A DNA stretch of 64,000 nucleotides, from the NCBI GenBank assembly GCA_963559065.1, contig CAUWIY010000008.1:17012-81011 (forward strand). The letters run 5' to 3'. This DNA is from an uncultured Clostridia bacterium. GTDB lineage: Bacteria > Bacillota > Clostridia > TANB77 > CAG-508. The notes beneath the pieces were generated by a model. It saw only the letters and a list, made by a program, of their open reading frames with translations, was not told the origin of the DNA and did not search any database. This document shows, one piece after another, positions 9,842 through 19,893 of the stretch (its first letter is position 1; each line of letters begins with the position of its first letter). A program made the position numbers and the translations under genes.

Positions 9842-10705
9842 TTATTTTTCCCATCTTCCATAAATTCCACATGGTAAAACTAATTTTGATTCTTCCATTG
9901 GTATTCCAATTTCCCCTGATTCTATTTTTCCTTTATGTTTTTTTCCAACTGTTAAGTTTAAAATATCTTCTAATACTTTACTTGATATTCCTGTTGTATA
10001 TGAATTAATTAAGAAAAATAGTGGTTTTTCTGACAGTACTTTTGTACATAATTCTACTAAATCATAAATATTATTTTCAAATTGCCATACTTCTCCTTTT
10101 GCCCCTCTACCATATGAAGGTGGATCCATTATAATTGCATCATATTTATTTCCTCTTCTTATTTCACGATTTACAAATTTTATAACATCATCAATAATAA
10201 ATCTTACAGGTCGATTTTGTAGTCCAGAAGCTTCTACGTTTTCTTTTGCCCATGTTGTCATTCCTTTTGAACTATCTACATGACAAACACTTGCCCCTGC
10301 TGATAAACAAGCAACAGTCGCTCCTCCTGTATATGCAAATAAATTTAATACTTTTATTTCTCTTTTCTCTGTTTTTATTTTATTTATCATCCAGTCCCAG
10401 TTAACAGCTTGCTCTGGAAATAACCCTGTGTGTTTAAATCCCATTGGTTTAATATTAAAAGTCAAGTTTTTATATTTTATTTTCCATTGATTAGGTATCT
10501 TTTTGTTAAATTCCCATGAACCTCCTCCAGAACTACTTCTATGGTATGTTGCGTTTATGTCTTTCCATTTTTTGGGGAAACTTTTTTCTTTCCATATAAT
10601 TTGAGGGTCTGGTCTTGATAATATTACATTTCCCCATTTTTCTAGTTTTTGTCCATCTGCCATGTCTAATATTTTATAATCATTCCATTCATTTGCTAGT
10701 TTCAT
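9842..10705 (-). CDS. Class I SAM-dependent methyltransferase (RlmI/YwbD-like)
   Basis: HTGLFPEQ, LNLFAYTGG and DPPSYG motifs. Confidence 0.85.
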   Translation of the reverse strand: MKLANEWNDYKILDMADGQKLEKWGNVILSRPDPQIIWKEKSFPKKWKDINATYHRSSSGGGSWEFNKKIPNQWKIKYKNLTFNIKPMGFKHTGLFPEQAVNWDWMINKIKTEKREIKVLNLFAYTGGATVACLSAGASVCHVDSSKGMTTWAKENVEASGLQNRPVRFIIDDVIKFVNREIRRGNKYDAIIMDPPSYGRGAKGEVWQFENNIYDLVELCTKVLSEKPLFFLINSYTTGISSKVLEDILNLTVGKKHKGKIESGEIGIPMEESKLVLPCGIYGRWEK

Positions 10706-10805
10706 TTTTTCTTAAAATAGCTTGTTTAGCTATTATCCTCCTTCTTTTAGAATATTTTTATTGTATCATATTTTATTAATTTTTGAAAGAGCTTTATAAT
10801 AAAAA

Positions 10806-10971
10806 TGTAGGATTAGACGCCCAATAGGATGTTTCGACTAAGGAAGCCAAGAAGGACGTCAAAATGGGACATTGTTTAAATTGTTGAAGTTTTCATGAAT
10901 ATTTTTTATTTATTTAAAATTTTATTCAAAATAAAAATTCTTCAATCATTTAAATAATGTCCCTTTTCGTC
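10806..10971. repeat. REPIN-like intergenic hairpin with GGGACA...TGTCCC arms
   Basis: GACGTCAAAATGGGACATTGTTTAAAT (from 10855) pairs with ATTTAAATAATGTCCCTTTTCGTC (to 10971); a GC-rich GACGCCC...GGACGTC stem precedes it. Confidence 0.6.
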
Positions 10972-10979
10972 GTATAGCC

Positions 10980-11177
10980 TTACCTTTGGCTTAATATTGT
11001 CATAAAGCTATAAATTAAGTAAAAGTTTATTCCAGACAAAATTATAAACATGCTTATAGCTAAACTAATTAATTTATGGCTTTCTATTTTTCTTCTTATT
11101 CTCTGTGTCATTTTATCTTTTGGCACTTCTAGCCTGTCCAATGTTGAATTATACCTAACTCTAAAAATATTTTCCAT
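10980..11177 (-). CDS. Small membrane-anchored hypothetical protein (65 aa)
   Basis: GGGGGA RBS; basic N-terminus plus a C-terminal hydrophobic helix. Confidence 0.55.
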   Translation of the reverse strand: MENIFRVRYNSTLDRLEVPKDKMTQRIRRKIESHKLISLAISMFIILSGINFYLIYSFMTILSQR

Positions 11178-11322
11178 ATAAATCCCCCCATTTTATAATA
11201 TGTATATGCTATATTTTTTTTAATATTCCAAAAATTATTAATATTTAAATTTTTATTGTTTAAGAAAGATTTTTATGTTATAATCCTTTTAACTTATTGT
11301 TTGTCACTTTAGGAGGGCTCAT

Positions 11323-11508
11323 ATGAAAAATATTAAAAAATTTTTGCTTTTCATAGTAGTTCTATTTTTACTAATACCTTGCATTTGCAAGATATTTAGT
11401 AGTTTGAAACATCAGAGGAATAAAATATTTTCTTTTGATGGTTTCTATGACATAAATGGTTTTCGTATAGATATACGAAAAGTCATTCATGCACCTGGGG
11501 AAATGTAA
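11323..11508 (+). CDS. Small hypothetical protein with a signal-peptide-like N-terminus (61 aa)
   Basis: AGGAGGG RBS; MKNIKKFLLFIVVLFLLIPC leader; co-oriented with the downstream glycosyltransferase. Confidence 0.45.
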   Translation: MKNIKKFLLFIVVLFLLIPCICKIFSSLKHQRNKIFSFDGFYDINGFRIDIRKVIHAPGEM

Positions 11509-11544
11509 TAGTTTCCCCTTTAAATAAAAAAGAGGAGTGTTTTT

Positions 11545-13107
11545 ATGGAAGAAAAAATGCAAAAATTAAAGAAGTTTTCTGTAATCGTTTTAATTATTTT
11601 AATGAGTGGAATTATCTTCTTCTATCAAACAAAAAAAATAGGATTTCATGAAGACGAAGGTTATACGCTATGTTCTTCTGTTAATCCTAATAATGGTTTA
11701 ATGTCTGCTTATGATTCTGAAAAAGACCCAGTATGGAGAACTAAAGATTATGTTAAAAATTTTATGTCTTTAACTCCTAATAATTACTTAAACTTTAAAG
11801 CTCTTTATGTGAATCAAGCTTATGACAATCATCCACCAGTATTTTATACATTAGTACATTTTTCTAGTATTTTATTTTCTGGTGAATTTAATAAATATGT
11901 CGTATTTGTTGTAAATATTATTGCTTTTATTTTAAGTTGTTTTGTTGTGAAAAATATTTTGAAACTCTTGAATAAAGAACATTTAACTTTCGGAGCTTTA
12001 ATTTTATATGGTCTTTCTATGGGAACTATCTCTATGGTTATTTTCCAAAGAATGTACATGTTGCTCACATTTTTTATATTATTATATTTTTATTTAACCT
12101 TAAAACTTTATAAAAATGATTTTATTTTAGATAAGAAATTAAAAATACAATTGGGTGTTACTACTATTTTAGGGTTTTTGACACAATATTTCTTTGCTAT
12201 TTATGCTTTCTTTATATTTGCTATTATGATTATTGAGATGTTACGTCAAAAGAAAGATAAAAAAACAATAGCAACTTATATTGTGTGTCACATTATATAT
12301 GGTGCTTTAGGAATTTTACTATTTGTTCCTTGTATTAAACATTTGTTGTTTTCAGATAGAGGCTTAACTAATTTAGGAAATTCTGGATATATAGCACATT
12401 TATTTACTTATTTAAAACATCTAGCATATGCTTTTACTATCAATAATAATAGTACTATTTTAATGTTATCTATATTATCTATTTTTGTTATTGGTTTTGT
12501 TTATACTTGTATCAAGAGTAAAGAAAAATTTATATTATTTATAACTTTTATACCTAGTATTTTTTACTTTTTTATTAGTGTAAAAATGACATCTTTTCAA
12601 GAATTAAGATACATAATGCCTGTTATTCCTTTTGTTGTTCTTACTTTATTTTTTATATTAGATAATTTGGTAAAATTTAAATACAAAGGAATTGTTTTTG
12701 CAGTAATTTCTATTGTTTTGGTTGTAAATGGTATGATATGTTCTAAACCAAAATTTTTATATGAAAATTATCAAAATTGTTTGGATATAGCACAAGAAAA
12801 CAAGGATAAATCATTTGTTTATGTTTATGATAATTTCTTTAATCACATGCAAAGTATTCCTGAAATGATGATTTATGAAAAAACATTAATATTCAATTAT
12901 AATAATGATGAATTAAGATGTATTGTAGATGATGAGAGTTTAAATAAAGAAGGTTCTTTTATATTATCAATAAAGGCGTATATGGATAATGAAACAATTT
13001 TAAATAAGATAAAAGATAATTCTGATTTTAAAAATATAGAATTGCTTTATGAAGGTGGAAATGAAGAGGGCGTTGTAAATAATAATTACTATTTAGTTTC
13101 AAAATAA
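11545..13107 (+). CDS. GT-C fold membrane glycosyltransferase (GT39/ArnT-like)
   Basis: GFHEDEGYT acidic motif, DNHPPVFY, RMYML and ELRYIMP motifs; ~11-12 TM helices. Confidence 0.75.
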   Translation: MEEKMQKLKKFSVIVLIILMSGIIFFYQTKKIGFHEDEGYTLCSSVNPNNGLMSAYDSEKDPVWRTKDYVKNFMSLTPNNYLNFKALYVNQAYDNHPPVFYTLVHFSSILFSGEFNKYVVFVVNIIAFILSCFVVKNILKLLNKEHLTFGALILYGLSMGTISMVIFQRMYMLLTFFILLYFYLTLKLYKNDFILDKKLKIQLGVTTILGFLTQYFFAIYAFFIFAIMIIEMLRQKKDKKTIATYIVCHIIYGALGILLFVPCIKHLLFSDRGLTNLGNSGYIAHLFTYLKHLAYAFTINNNSTILMLSILSIFVIGFVYTCIKSKEKFILFITFIPSIFYFFISVKMTSFQELRYIMPVIPFVVLTLFFILDNLVKFKYKGIVFAVISIVLVVNGMICSKPKFLYENYQNCLDIAQENKDKSFVYVYDNFFNHMQSIPEMMIYEKTLIFNYNNDELRCIVDDESLNKEGSFILSIKAYMDNETILNKIKDNSDFKNIELLYEGGNEEGVVNNNYYLVSK

Positions 13108-13221
13108 TAATAAGAATATAAAAAATAAGTTATAATAAATAAGTTTATAAAAATAGTCTTTTATAGTATAATTAATAAAACTTAATATTATCATGTTTTT
13201 TCTTATTAAAAAAATGGTTAT

Positions 13222-13267
13222 AAAAAAGACTGAGCTTCGCAAAATTTCGAAAGCTTAGTCTTTTTTT
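13222..13267. terminator. Bidirectional terminator overlapping the uvrC end
   Basis: AAAAAAGACTGAGCTTCG...CGAAAGCTTAGTCTTTTTTT. Confidence 0.7.
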
Positions 13268-15075
13268 AGTATTTCTTCTGCTATTTTTTCCGTAATTCCT
13301 TTAACCAGCATTAGCTCTTCCTTGCTAGATTGTTTAATTTGCTTTACACTTCCAAAATGTTTTAGCAATTCTTTTTTCTTTACTTCTCCAATTCCTTTTA
13401 TTTCATCTAATTCAGATTTCGTTATTGCTCTTTCTCTTAATTTTCTATGGTAGCTAATTGCTGTATCATGTACAGTATCTTGAAATCTTGTAATTAAATT
13501 CATTAGATTTTCTGAAATTGGTATTTCATTCCTATCCTCATCTATCAATGCCCTTGTTTGATGCTTATCGTTTTTTACCATACCAAATATCTTTATATCT
13601 AAATTTTCGTATTTATTTATAGCTTTTCTAATTGCTCTTATTTGAGTAATTCCTCCATCTGCAAAAATAGCATCTGGTAATTTTCCAAATCCGTTATTTT
13701 CTTTTTCATCTAATGAATGTGCTATCCTTCTTGTTACTACTTCTTCCATACATTTGGGGTCATCTTGTGTTAAAACAGTTTTAATTTTAAATCTTCTTGA
13801 TAGGTTCTTTTTTATTACTCCATCTTGTATTACACACATTCCTGCAACCATAAATTCCCCAGAAATATTTGATATATCAAATGTTTCTATTTTTCTAGGT
13901 GGTTTATCCATTTTTAATGCTTCTTTTAATTCTAATAAAATTTCTGATTTGTCTTTTTCTTTATTTTCTAGTGTAACTTTGCTATTCATTTCTGCCATTT
14001 CTACAAATCTTAATTTTTCGCCTTTTTTAGGGCTTTTTAATTCCACTTTTTTTCCTGCAATTGTGGATAACCATTGCTCCAATATCTCTTTTTCCGCTAG
14101 TTCTTCTCTTAGCATTATTTTATTTGGTATGTTTGGACTGTCCATATAATATTGTTTTATAAATCCTGCTAAAATTTCGCCATTTTCCATGTCTTTTAAT
14201 TCTTGGAAAAAGTAATGTTCTCTACCAATCATTTTACTTCCACGTACAAAAAATATTTCTATGCACACTTCTAGTTCTGATTTATATAATCCAATAACAT
14301 CAATATTATTTTCTGAGATATTTGATACTTTTTGTTTTTCAGACACCCTTTCTATTGCTAATTTTCTATCTCTAATATATGCTGCATTTTCAAAATCTAG
14401 TTTTTCTGAAGCTTCTTTCATTTGATTGTCTAATTCTTTTAAAATTTTATCTGTCTTTCCTTCTAATAAATCAATTATTTCGTCAATTTGTTTTCTATAG
14501 TCTTCTGGAGTTATATATCCCATGCAAGGTGCTAAACATCTTTTTATATGATAATTTAGACATGCTCTTGTTGTAGACTTAAAGTTTCTACATTGGCGTA
14601 TCTTATATTTTTGTTTAATAAAATCTAACATTTCTTTTGCTGCACCTGGATTAGCATATGGTCCAAAGTATTTAGAACCATCGTTAATTACTCTTCTTGT
14701 TATTATAACATTTGGATATTCTGATTTTACATCAATTTTTATATATGGATATGTTTTATCATCTTTTAATAATACATTAAATTTGGGCCTATTTTTCTTA
14801 ATTAAATTACATTCTAATATTAGTGCTTCTGCCTCATTATCAACTACTATGTATTCAAAATGGTCAATTAAGCTTACCATTTTTTTTATTCTTTCTGTTT
14901 TATTTGTTTTTCTAAAATAAGATCTTACTCTATTTTTTAAAGAAACTGCTTTCCCTACATAAATAATTGTATCATTTTTGTCTCTCATAACATATACTCC
15001 AGGTTTTCCTGGCAGCTTTTTTAATTCTTCCTCAATATTAAACATTCTTTCATCTTTCATTTTACTCTGCTCCAT
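13255..15075 (-). CDS. uvrC: Excinuclease ABC subunit C
   Basis: GIY-YIG PGVY...IYVGKA, UVR domain, FDISN and DGG RNase H-like motifs, HhH GIGEVK. Confidence 0.96.
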   Translation of the reverse strand: MEQSKMKDERMFNIEEELKKLPGKPGVYVMRDKNDTIIYVGKAVSLKNRVRSYFRKTNKTERIKKMVSLIDHFEYIVVDNEAEALILECNLIKKNRPKFNVLLKDDKTYPYIKIDVKSEYPNVIITRRVINDGSKYFGPYANPGAAKEMLDFIKQKYKIRQCRNFKSTTRACLNYHIKRCLAPCMGYITPEDYRKQIDEIIDLLEGKTDKILKELDNQMKEASEKLDFENAAYIRDRKLAIERVSEKQKVSNISENNIDVIGLYKSELEVCIEIFFVRGSKMIGREHYFFQELKDMENGEILAGFIKQYYMDSPNIPNKIMLREELAEKEILEQWLSTIAGKKVELKSPKKGEKLRFVEMAEMNSKVTLENKEKDKSEILLELKEALKMDKPPRKIETFDISNISGEFMVAGMCVIQDGVIKKNLSRRFKIKTVLTQDDPKCMEEVVTRRIAHSLDEKENNGFGKLPDAIFADGGITQIRAIRKAINKYENLDIKIFGMVKNDKHQTRALIDEDRNEIPISENLMNLITRFQDTVHDTAISYHRKLRERAITKSELDEIKGIGEVKKKELLKHFGSVKQIKQSSKEELMLVKGITEKIAEEILKKD

Positions 15076-15128
15076 TCATCATAAAACAAAAAAATTGTTT
15101 ATTGATTATTGCATATTATTTTATTTAA

Positions 15129-15641
15129 TTATTCTTTATAACCTATATATGGTAAATTTCTTAAATTTTGATTATCATCTAACCCAAATCCTATTACAAA
15201 TTTATCTTCTATTTGAAATCCAATATAATCTACATTTAATTCAATTACTCTTCTTGATGGTTTACTTAGTAATGTTGCTATTTTGACACTATTTGGATTT
15301 TTTTCTTTTAAATGTTCTAATAAGAAATCTAAAGTTCTTCCTGTATCCACAATATCTTCTATTATAATAACATCTTTTCCTTCTATACTTTGTTTTATAT
15401 CTTTGTGTAATGTTACTTTTCCAGTGCTTTCTGTTCCTTCATAACTAGATACTTCTATAAACTCTAAAATGATATTGTTTTTAATTCTTTTTGCTAATTC
15501 CCACATAAATGGAACTGATCCTTTTAAAACACCTAAAAATACTATATCTTTTCCTTTATAATCTTTTTCAATTTCTTTTGCTAATTCATCTATTCTTTTT
15601 TCTAATCTTGATTTGTTTATTAATACATTTATCTCTTCCAT
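15129..15641 (-). CDS. hpt: Hypoxanthine phosphoribosyltransferase
   Basis: GVLKGS, IIEDIVDTGRTL PRPP loop, FVIGFGLD. Confidence 0.95.
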   Translation of the reverse strand: MEEINVLINKSRLEKRIDELAKEIEKDYKGKDIVFLGVLKGSVPFMWELAKRIKNNIILEFIEVSSYEGTESTGKVTLHKDIKQSIEGKDVIIIEDIVDTGRTLDFLLEHLKEKNPNSVKIATLLSKPSRRVIELNVDYIGFQIEDKFVIGFGLDDNQNLRNLPYIGYKE

Positions 15642-15718
15642 TTTTCTATATCTCCTTTTTAATTATTTGTATATAAATATTATATCCTATAAGTTAGTCC
15701 TAAATCAATATTAATTTA

Positions 15719-16131
15719 ATTTGAGTTTCGTTTTTTCATCACCTGCTATGCTATGATATTATAATTCATAATGTAGATTTGAATGGAATGAGTTTTAAAA
15801 TTTGTTATTGCTTATCTTGAGTAATGTTCACGGATGCAATGAATATAGTTATATTTTGATAATTTTCTCGGTTCAATACACAACATAAGAAATTCTAAAA
15901 TAATTTTATGGCACCCTTCCACTAAAAGTGAACTCTTTCCATAAAATTATTTAAAAATTTCTAATATTGTTCCAATCACATTCGAAAAGTTATAAAAATA
16001 TAACTATATTCATTGTAGGCCTGAGTGAAAGAGGCTTAAGATAAACAATTACAAATTTTTAACGAATGAAATGAACAAATACATTATGAATTATAATATC
16101 ATAGCATGTAATGAAAAACTGAAACTTAAAT
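15719..16131. repeat. ~410-bp nested imperfect palindrome, copy 1 (137-bp core 15858-15994 between perfect 21-bp inverted repeats)
   Basis: Successive stems, e.g. TGCTATGATATTATAATTCATAATGTA/TACATTATGAATTATAATATCATAGCA and CAATGAATATAGTTATATTTT/AAAATATAACTATATTCATTG; homologous copy at 35491-35905. Confidence 0.9.
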
Positions 16132-16200
16132 AATTTAATATAACAATATTGGTTTTATAAATATTTTAAAAAGTGCCCCATATGGGACACTCTTCTGAAG

Positions 16201-16626
16201 TTATTTAGTTGTATGAGCATTCAATTCTCCTAACGCCCATGTCAGCTCATTGATACAAGCCTGAAGAAGCATTGTTCCGGTACGCAAATGTTCTTTTTGC
16301 GGTGCCTGTGTTCCATACTGGTAATGTGTCTCCAATTTTGAAATAAACAGAAAATCCATTGGTTCCAAACCATCAATGTAGACATATTTATCTGCCTGGT
16401 CGATTGTAAGCCGCGGAACATCCAATTTCAAATTGTTGTTAATTCCTAAATAGGAACAACAATCGGCATATTTTTCTGCCAGTTTGCACCTCTCACTTTC
16501 GATTTTGGAAATCAAGTCTCTAATTTCTTCTTTGTCCTTCTTTCCATTTCTCACTGCCTGCATCTTTTCTACAAGATGCCGTACCTCATGTGCTGCGTGA
16601 GTGCTTCCTACAATTTCTTTGCTCAT
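16201..16626 (-). CDS. Orphan hypothetical protein (141 aa), GC-shifted, self-contained transcription unit
   Basis: GGAGG RBS; TTGATT-17-TAGAAT promoter (16670-16698); terminator at 16168-16197; ~40% GC in the first 120 nt counted. Confidence 0.75.
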   Translation of the reverse strand: MSKEIVGSTHAAHEVRHLVEKMQAVRNGKKDKEEIRDLISKIESERCKLAEKYADCCSYLGINNNLKLDVPRLTIDQADKYVYIDGLEPMDFLFISKLETHYQYGTQAPQKEHLRTGTMLLQACINELTWALGELNAHTTK

Positions 16627-16879
16627 ATTGCTACCTCCATTATAAAGTATAAATTTTTATTGCTTGGCTATTCTATCACATTATGTTACCTAAATCAAGT
16701 GTAAATTCTAAAATATTAAAATTTGTTTATTAATCTTGCACAATTTTGTCTTTTATAGTAATATAATATCCATATATAGAACATGAATAGAATATGATTA
16801 TTATTCATATCTATATATTATTTGCTAAATACTTTAATAGCAATATATTGAAAGTTGCATAAAAATTAACGAAAGGAGT

Positions 16880-17015
16880 TTTTTAAGCGCCAGAACCAAA
16901 ATGGTTGACGAGGTCTAGGGTTATCGAATTTTTCGGCGGGTGCCCTGGTGGCTTTTACTTATAGTCATTAGTATTGATACAAAAATTAATTTTAATATTA
17001 AAACAAAGTTCAATA
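16880..17015 (+). ncRNA. glmS ribozyme (GlcN6P-activated)
   Basis: AAGCGCCAGAAC...GTTGACGAGG...GGGTTATCGAA...TTCGGCGGGTGCCC core directly upstream of glmS; expected cleavage between A16886 and G16887; 3' boundary approximate. Confidence 0.93.
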
Positions 17016-17072
17016 TATTTAAGTTTGCAAACTTTCAATTCCAAAAATTTAAATTTTACAAGGAGGATTACT

Positions 17073-18914
17073 ATGTGTGGAATTGTAGGTTACATAGGAA
17101 CAAAAAAAGCCTGCCCTATTTTATTAGCAGGTCTAAGTAGATTGGAATATAGAGGTTATGATTCAGCCGGTATTTCAACAATTGAAAAATGTGGTTTATC
17201 TTTGATGAAAGATAAAGGAAGAGTTAAAAATTTATCTAGTTTAGAAGGAATTGACAATTTGGAAGGAACAATTGGTATAGCTCATACAAGGTGGGCTACT
17301 CATGGAAAGCCTTCTAAAGAAAATTCTCATCCTCATCAAGATAATTCTAAAACTTTTAGTGTTGTTCATAATGGTATTGTTGAGAATTATAATGAATTAA
17401 GAAATTTCTTGACAGAACATGGATATAGTTTTTACTCTCAAACAGATACAGAAGTTATACCAAACTTAATCCATTACTATTTTTCTAATGACACAGAAAA
17501 TGATAATTTAAAATTTTTAAGGGCTGTAAAAAATGCTTGTCTTGACTTAAAAGGAAGTTTTGCAATTGAAGTTATTTCTAAATTATATCCTAACAATATG
17601 ATTGTTGTTAGAAAAGATAGCCCTTTAGTAATTGGAACTTGCGAAGATGAAAAATATTTATCTTCTGACATTCCTGCTATATTATCTTATACAAGAGATT
17701 TTTATCTTTTAAATGATTTAGAATTTGTTTTATTAACAAATTCTAGTGCAAAATTTTTTGATAAAGAATTACATGAAATAGAAAAAGAAACTCAAACAAT
17801 TGAATGGAATGCTTCAGCTGCTGAAAAAGACGGTTTTGATGATTTTATGTTAAAAGAAATTTATGAACAGCCTGTAGCTATTAGGGAAACGATTGGAGCA
17901 AAATTAAGTTTAAATTCAAAATGTGAGTTTGATGAATTAAAATTTACAAAAGATTATTTATCTAATTTAAATAAAATATATATAGTTGCTTGTGGTACTG
18001 CAATGCACGCTGGTCTTAGTGGAAAAAATTCTATTGAAAAATTATGTAGAATTTCAGTTGAAGTTGATATTGCTTCAGAATTTCGTTATAGAGACCCTAT
18101 AATTGATGAAAAAACTTTATGTATCTTTATTTCTCAATCTGGAGAAACAGCAGATACAATAGCAGCATTAAAATTATCAAAAGAAAAAGGTGCAAAAACA
18201 CTAGCTATTACAAATGTAATTGGAAGTTCTATAACAAGAGAAGCTGATTATTCTATTTATACACATGCTGGGCCAGAAATAGCAGTTGCTTCTACAAAAG
18301 CATATACTTCACAAGTTGTATTAATTAATATTTTAGCAATTTATTTTGCAGAGATATTAGAAACAGAAAATGTAGAATTTATAAATACTTTGAAAAAAGA
18401 TATTTTGGATTTACCAAAAAAAATAGAGGAAACTTTAAATACAAATGAACAAATTAAAAATTTTGCAAAACAAATTTATCAAGAAAAAGATGTATTTTTC
18501 TTAGGTAGAGGAATTGATGAAACAGTTGCTAAAGAAGGTTCTTTAAAGTTAAAAGAAATTTCTTATATTCATTCAGAAAGTTATGCTGCTGGCGAATTAA
18601 AACATGGTCCAATTGCTTTAATAGAAAATGGTATAACTGTAATTAGTATAATGACTGACCCTAATTTAGTTAAGAAAACTGTTAGTAATATTCAAGAAGT
18701 AATTACACGTGGTGCAAAAACTTTAGTTATATCAAATCAAAATATAGATAAGAACATGTTTGATATTGTAGTTGATATTCCTGAAACAAATTGTTTTGTT
18801 TCTACAGTTTTATCAATTATTCCTTTGCAATTACTTGCTTATTATATTTCGAAAGAAAAAGGATTAGATGTTGATAAGCCTAGAAATCTTGCAAAATCTG
18901 TTACTGTTGAATAA
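17073..18914 (+). CDS. glmS: Glutamine--fructose-6-phosphate aminotransferase
   Basis: True start MCGIVG at 17073 (AGGAGG RBS; Cys1 nucleophile); HTRWATHG, SQSGETADT, PRNLAKSVTVE. Confidence 0.98.
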   Translation: MCGIVGYIGTKKACPILLAGLSRLEYRGYDSAGISTIEKCGLSLMKDKGRVKNLSSLEGIDNLEGTIGIAHTRWATHGKPSKENSHPHQDNSKTFSVVHNGIVENYNELRNFLTEHGYSFYSQTDTEVIPNLIHYYFSNDTENDNLKFLRAVKNACLDLKGSFAIEVISKLYPNNMIVVRKDSPLVIGTCEDEKYLSSDIPAILSYTRDFYLLNDLEFVLLTNSSAKFFDKELHEIEKETQTIEWNASAAEKDGFDDFMLKEIYEQPVAIRETIGAKLSLNSKCEFDELKFTKDYLSNLNKIYIVACGTAMHAGLSGKNSIEKLCRISVEVDIASEFRYRDPIIDEKTLCIFISQSGETADTIAALKLSKEKGAKTLAITNVIGSSITREADYSIYTHAGPEIAVASTKAYTSQVVLINILAIYFAEILETENVEFINTLKKDILDLPKKIEETLNTNEQIKNFAKQIYQEKDVFFLGRGIDETVAKEGSLKLKEISYIHSESYAAGELKHGPIALIENGITVISIMTDPNLVKKTVSNIQEVITRGAKTLVISNQNIDKNMFDIVVDIPETNCFVSTVLSIIPLQLLAYYISKEKGLDVDKPRNLAKSVTVE

Positions 18915-19046
18915 TTTTAGATTTTATTTAAAATTTTATTAATATTATTGATAAGGCATGTAAAAATTTAGTTTTTATATGCTTTATTTTTATATTAGTA
19001 GGCGACAGGAAATGTAGCGATGTAAGTGTCTTCACGGAGTTTACTC

Positions 19047-19319
19047 CTATGATAGCAATAACTTTACAATAACCAAACACACAGCTCCTGGAAGCCCTAA
19101 TATTCCAACTATTATACTAGTAAAAATATTAAGCCCTATATGAAAACCAAAACTTGCCCCTACAAGATTAATTACAAAAATGGTAATTCCTCCTAATATT
19201 GAGTTTATTACTATTTTTAAGATTTTTCTAATAGGCACAATAAATACTCTTCCAAAAATAAACAAAAAACATATACATGCTAGATAAGTTAAAATATTAC
19301 TATCAATATTCATATTCAT
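19047..19319 (-). CDS. bofA: Pro-sigmaK processing inhibitor BofA family
   Basis: NSILG...IGLNIFT...GILGLPG motif; sigE-like promoter upstream. Confidence 0.85.
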   Translation of the reverse strand: MNMNIDSNILTYLACICFLFIFGRVFIVPIRKILKIVINSILGGITIFVINLVGASFGFHIGLNIFTSIIVGILGLPGAVCLVIVKLLLS

Positions 19320-19374
19320 CCCTCTTTTTCTCTTAACACATTTTTATGATAAGAGTTGGACAAATATTACTTAA

Positions 19375-19698
19375 TTATCCTATTTCTTCTCTATAATCTT
19401 CATATTCTATTTGATTAATATTATCAATAGTAATTCCTTTAGCTTTCGCCAATCTTAATAAATACCCTAATTTTGCTTGATTTGCCTTTATTTGATAAAT
19501 ATAGTAATCAATTAATTCCAATTCTGCATATTCATAATTTTTATTATCTTTTTTTAATTCTTCTCTTGTTTTTATAATATTTTTAATTAAATCTTCTTCT
19601 TTTTCCAATTCATTTTTTTCTTCTATATTTATCTCTCTTGTATATTCTTCTCCCATAATATTTTTGTATGATCTATTTAATATCTTAAATAGACACAC
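19375..19698 (-). CDS. YaaL/DUF2508 family protein
   Basis: ELIDYYIYQIKANQAKLGYLLRLAK motif; conserved yaaL-bofA order; start uncertain. Confidence 0.8.
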   Translation of the reverse strand: MCLFKILNRSYKNIMGEEYTREINIEEKNELEKEEDLIKNIIKTREELKKDNKNYEYAELELIDYYIYQIKANQAKLGYLLRLAKAKGITIDNINQIEYEDYREEIG

Positions 19699-19893
19699 AC
19701 TCCTCCTTATTTTAAATTTTTATAATATATGTCTAAATCTTTTAAGAATGTTCTATAATAAAAAACCATATAATATTTATTTGTAACATATTATATTCTA
19801 TTTTTTGTTGTTTTATTCCAAAAGTGCTTGATTTTTTGGCTATTTTGTAAGATAATATATATGTATGATTTTATTTAAAGGGGCAAATAATTT

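Noticed and set aside
15719..16131. Viroid/Obelisk-like RNA or a classical IS
   Set aside because: No ORF, ribozyme core, transposase or clear target-site duplication; kept only as an unexplained palindromic repeat.
16974..17072. 33-aa N-terminal extension of GlmS, and ORF 16940-17140
   Set aside because: GlmS needs Cys at the mature N-terminus and the RBS precedes 17073; the upstream region is the ribozyme.
18998..19046. GC-rich patch after bofA as an ncRNA or REP
   Set aside because: Only a 5-bp hairpin (GGAGTTTACTCC); no second copy or recognisable family motif.
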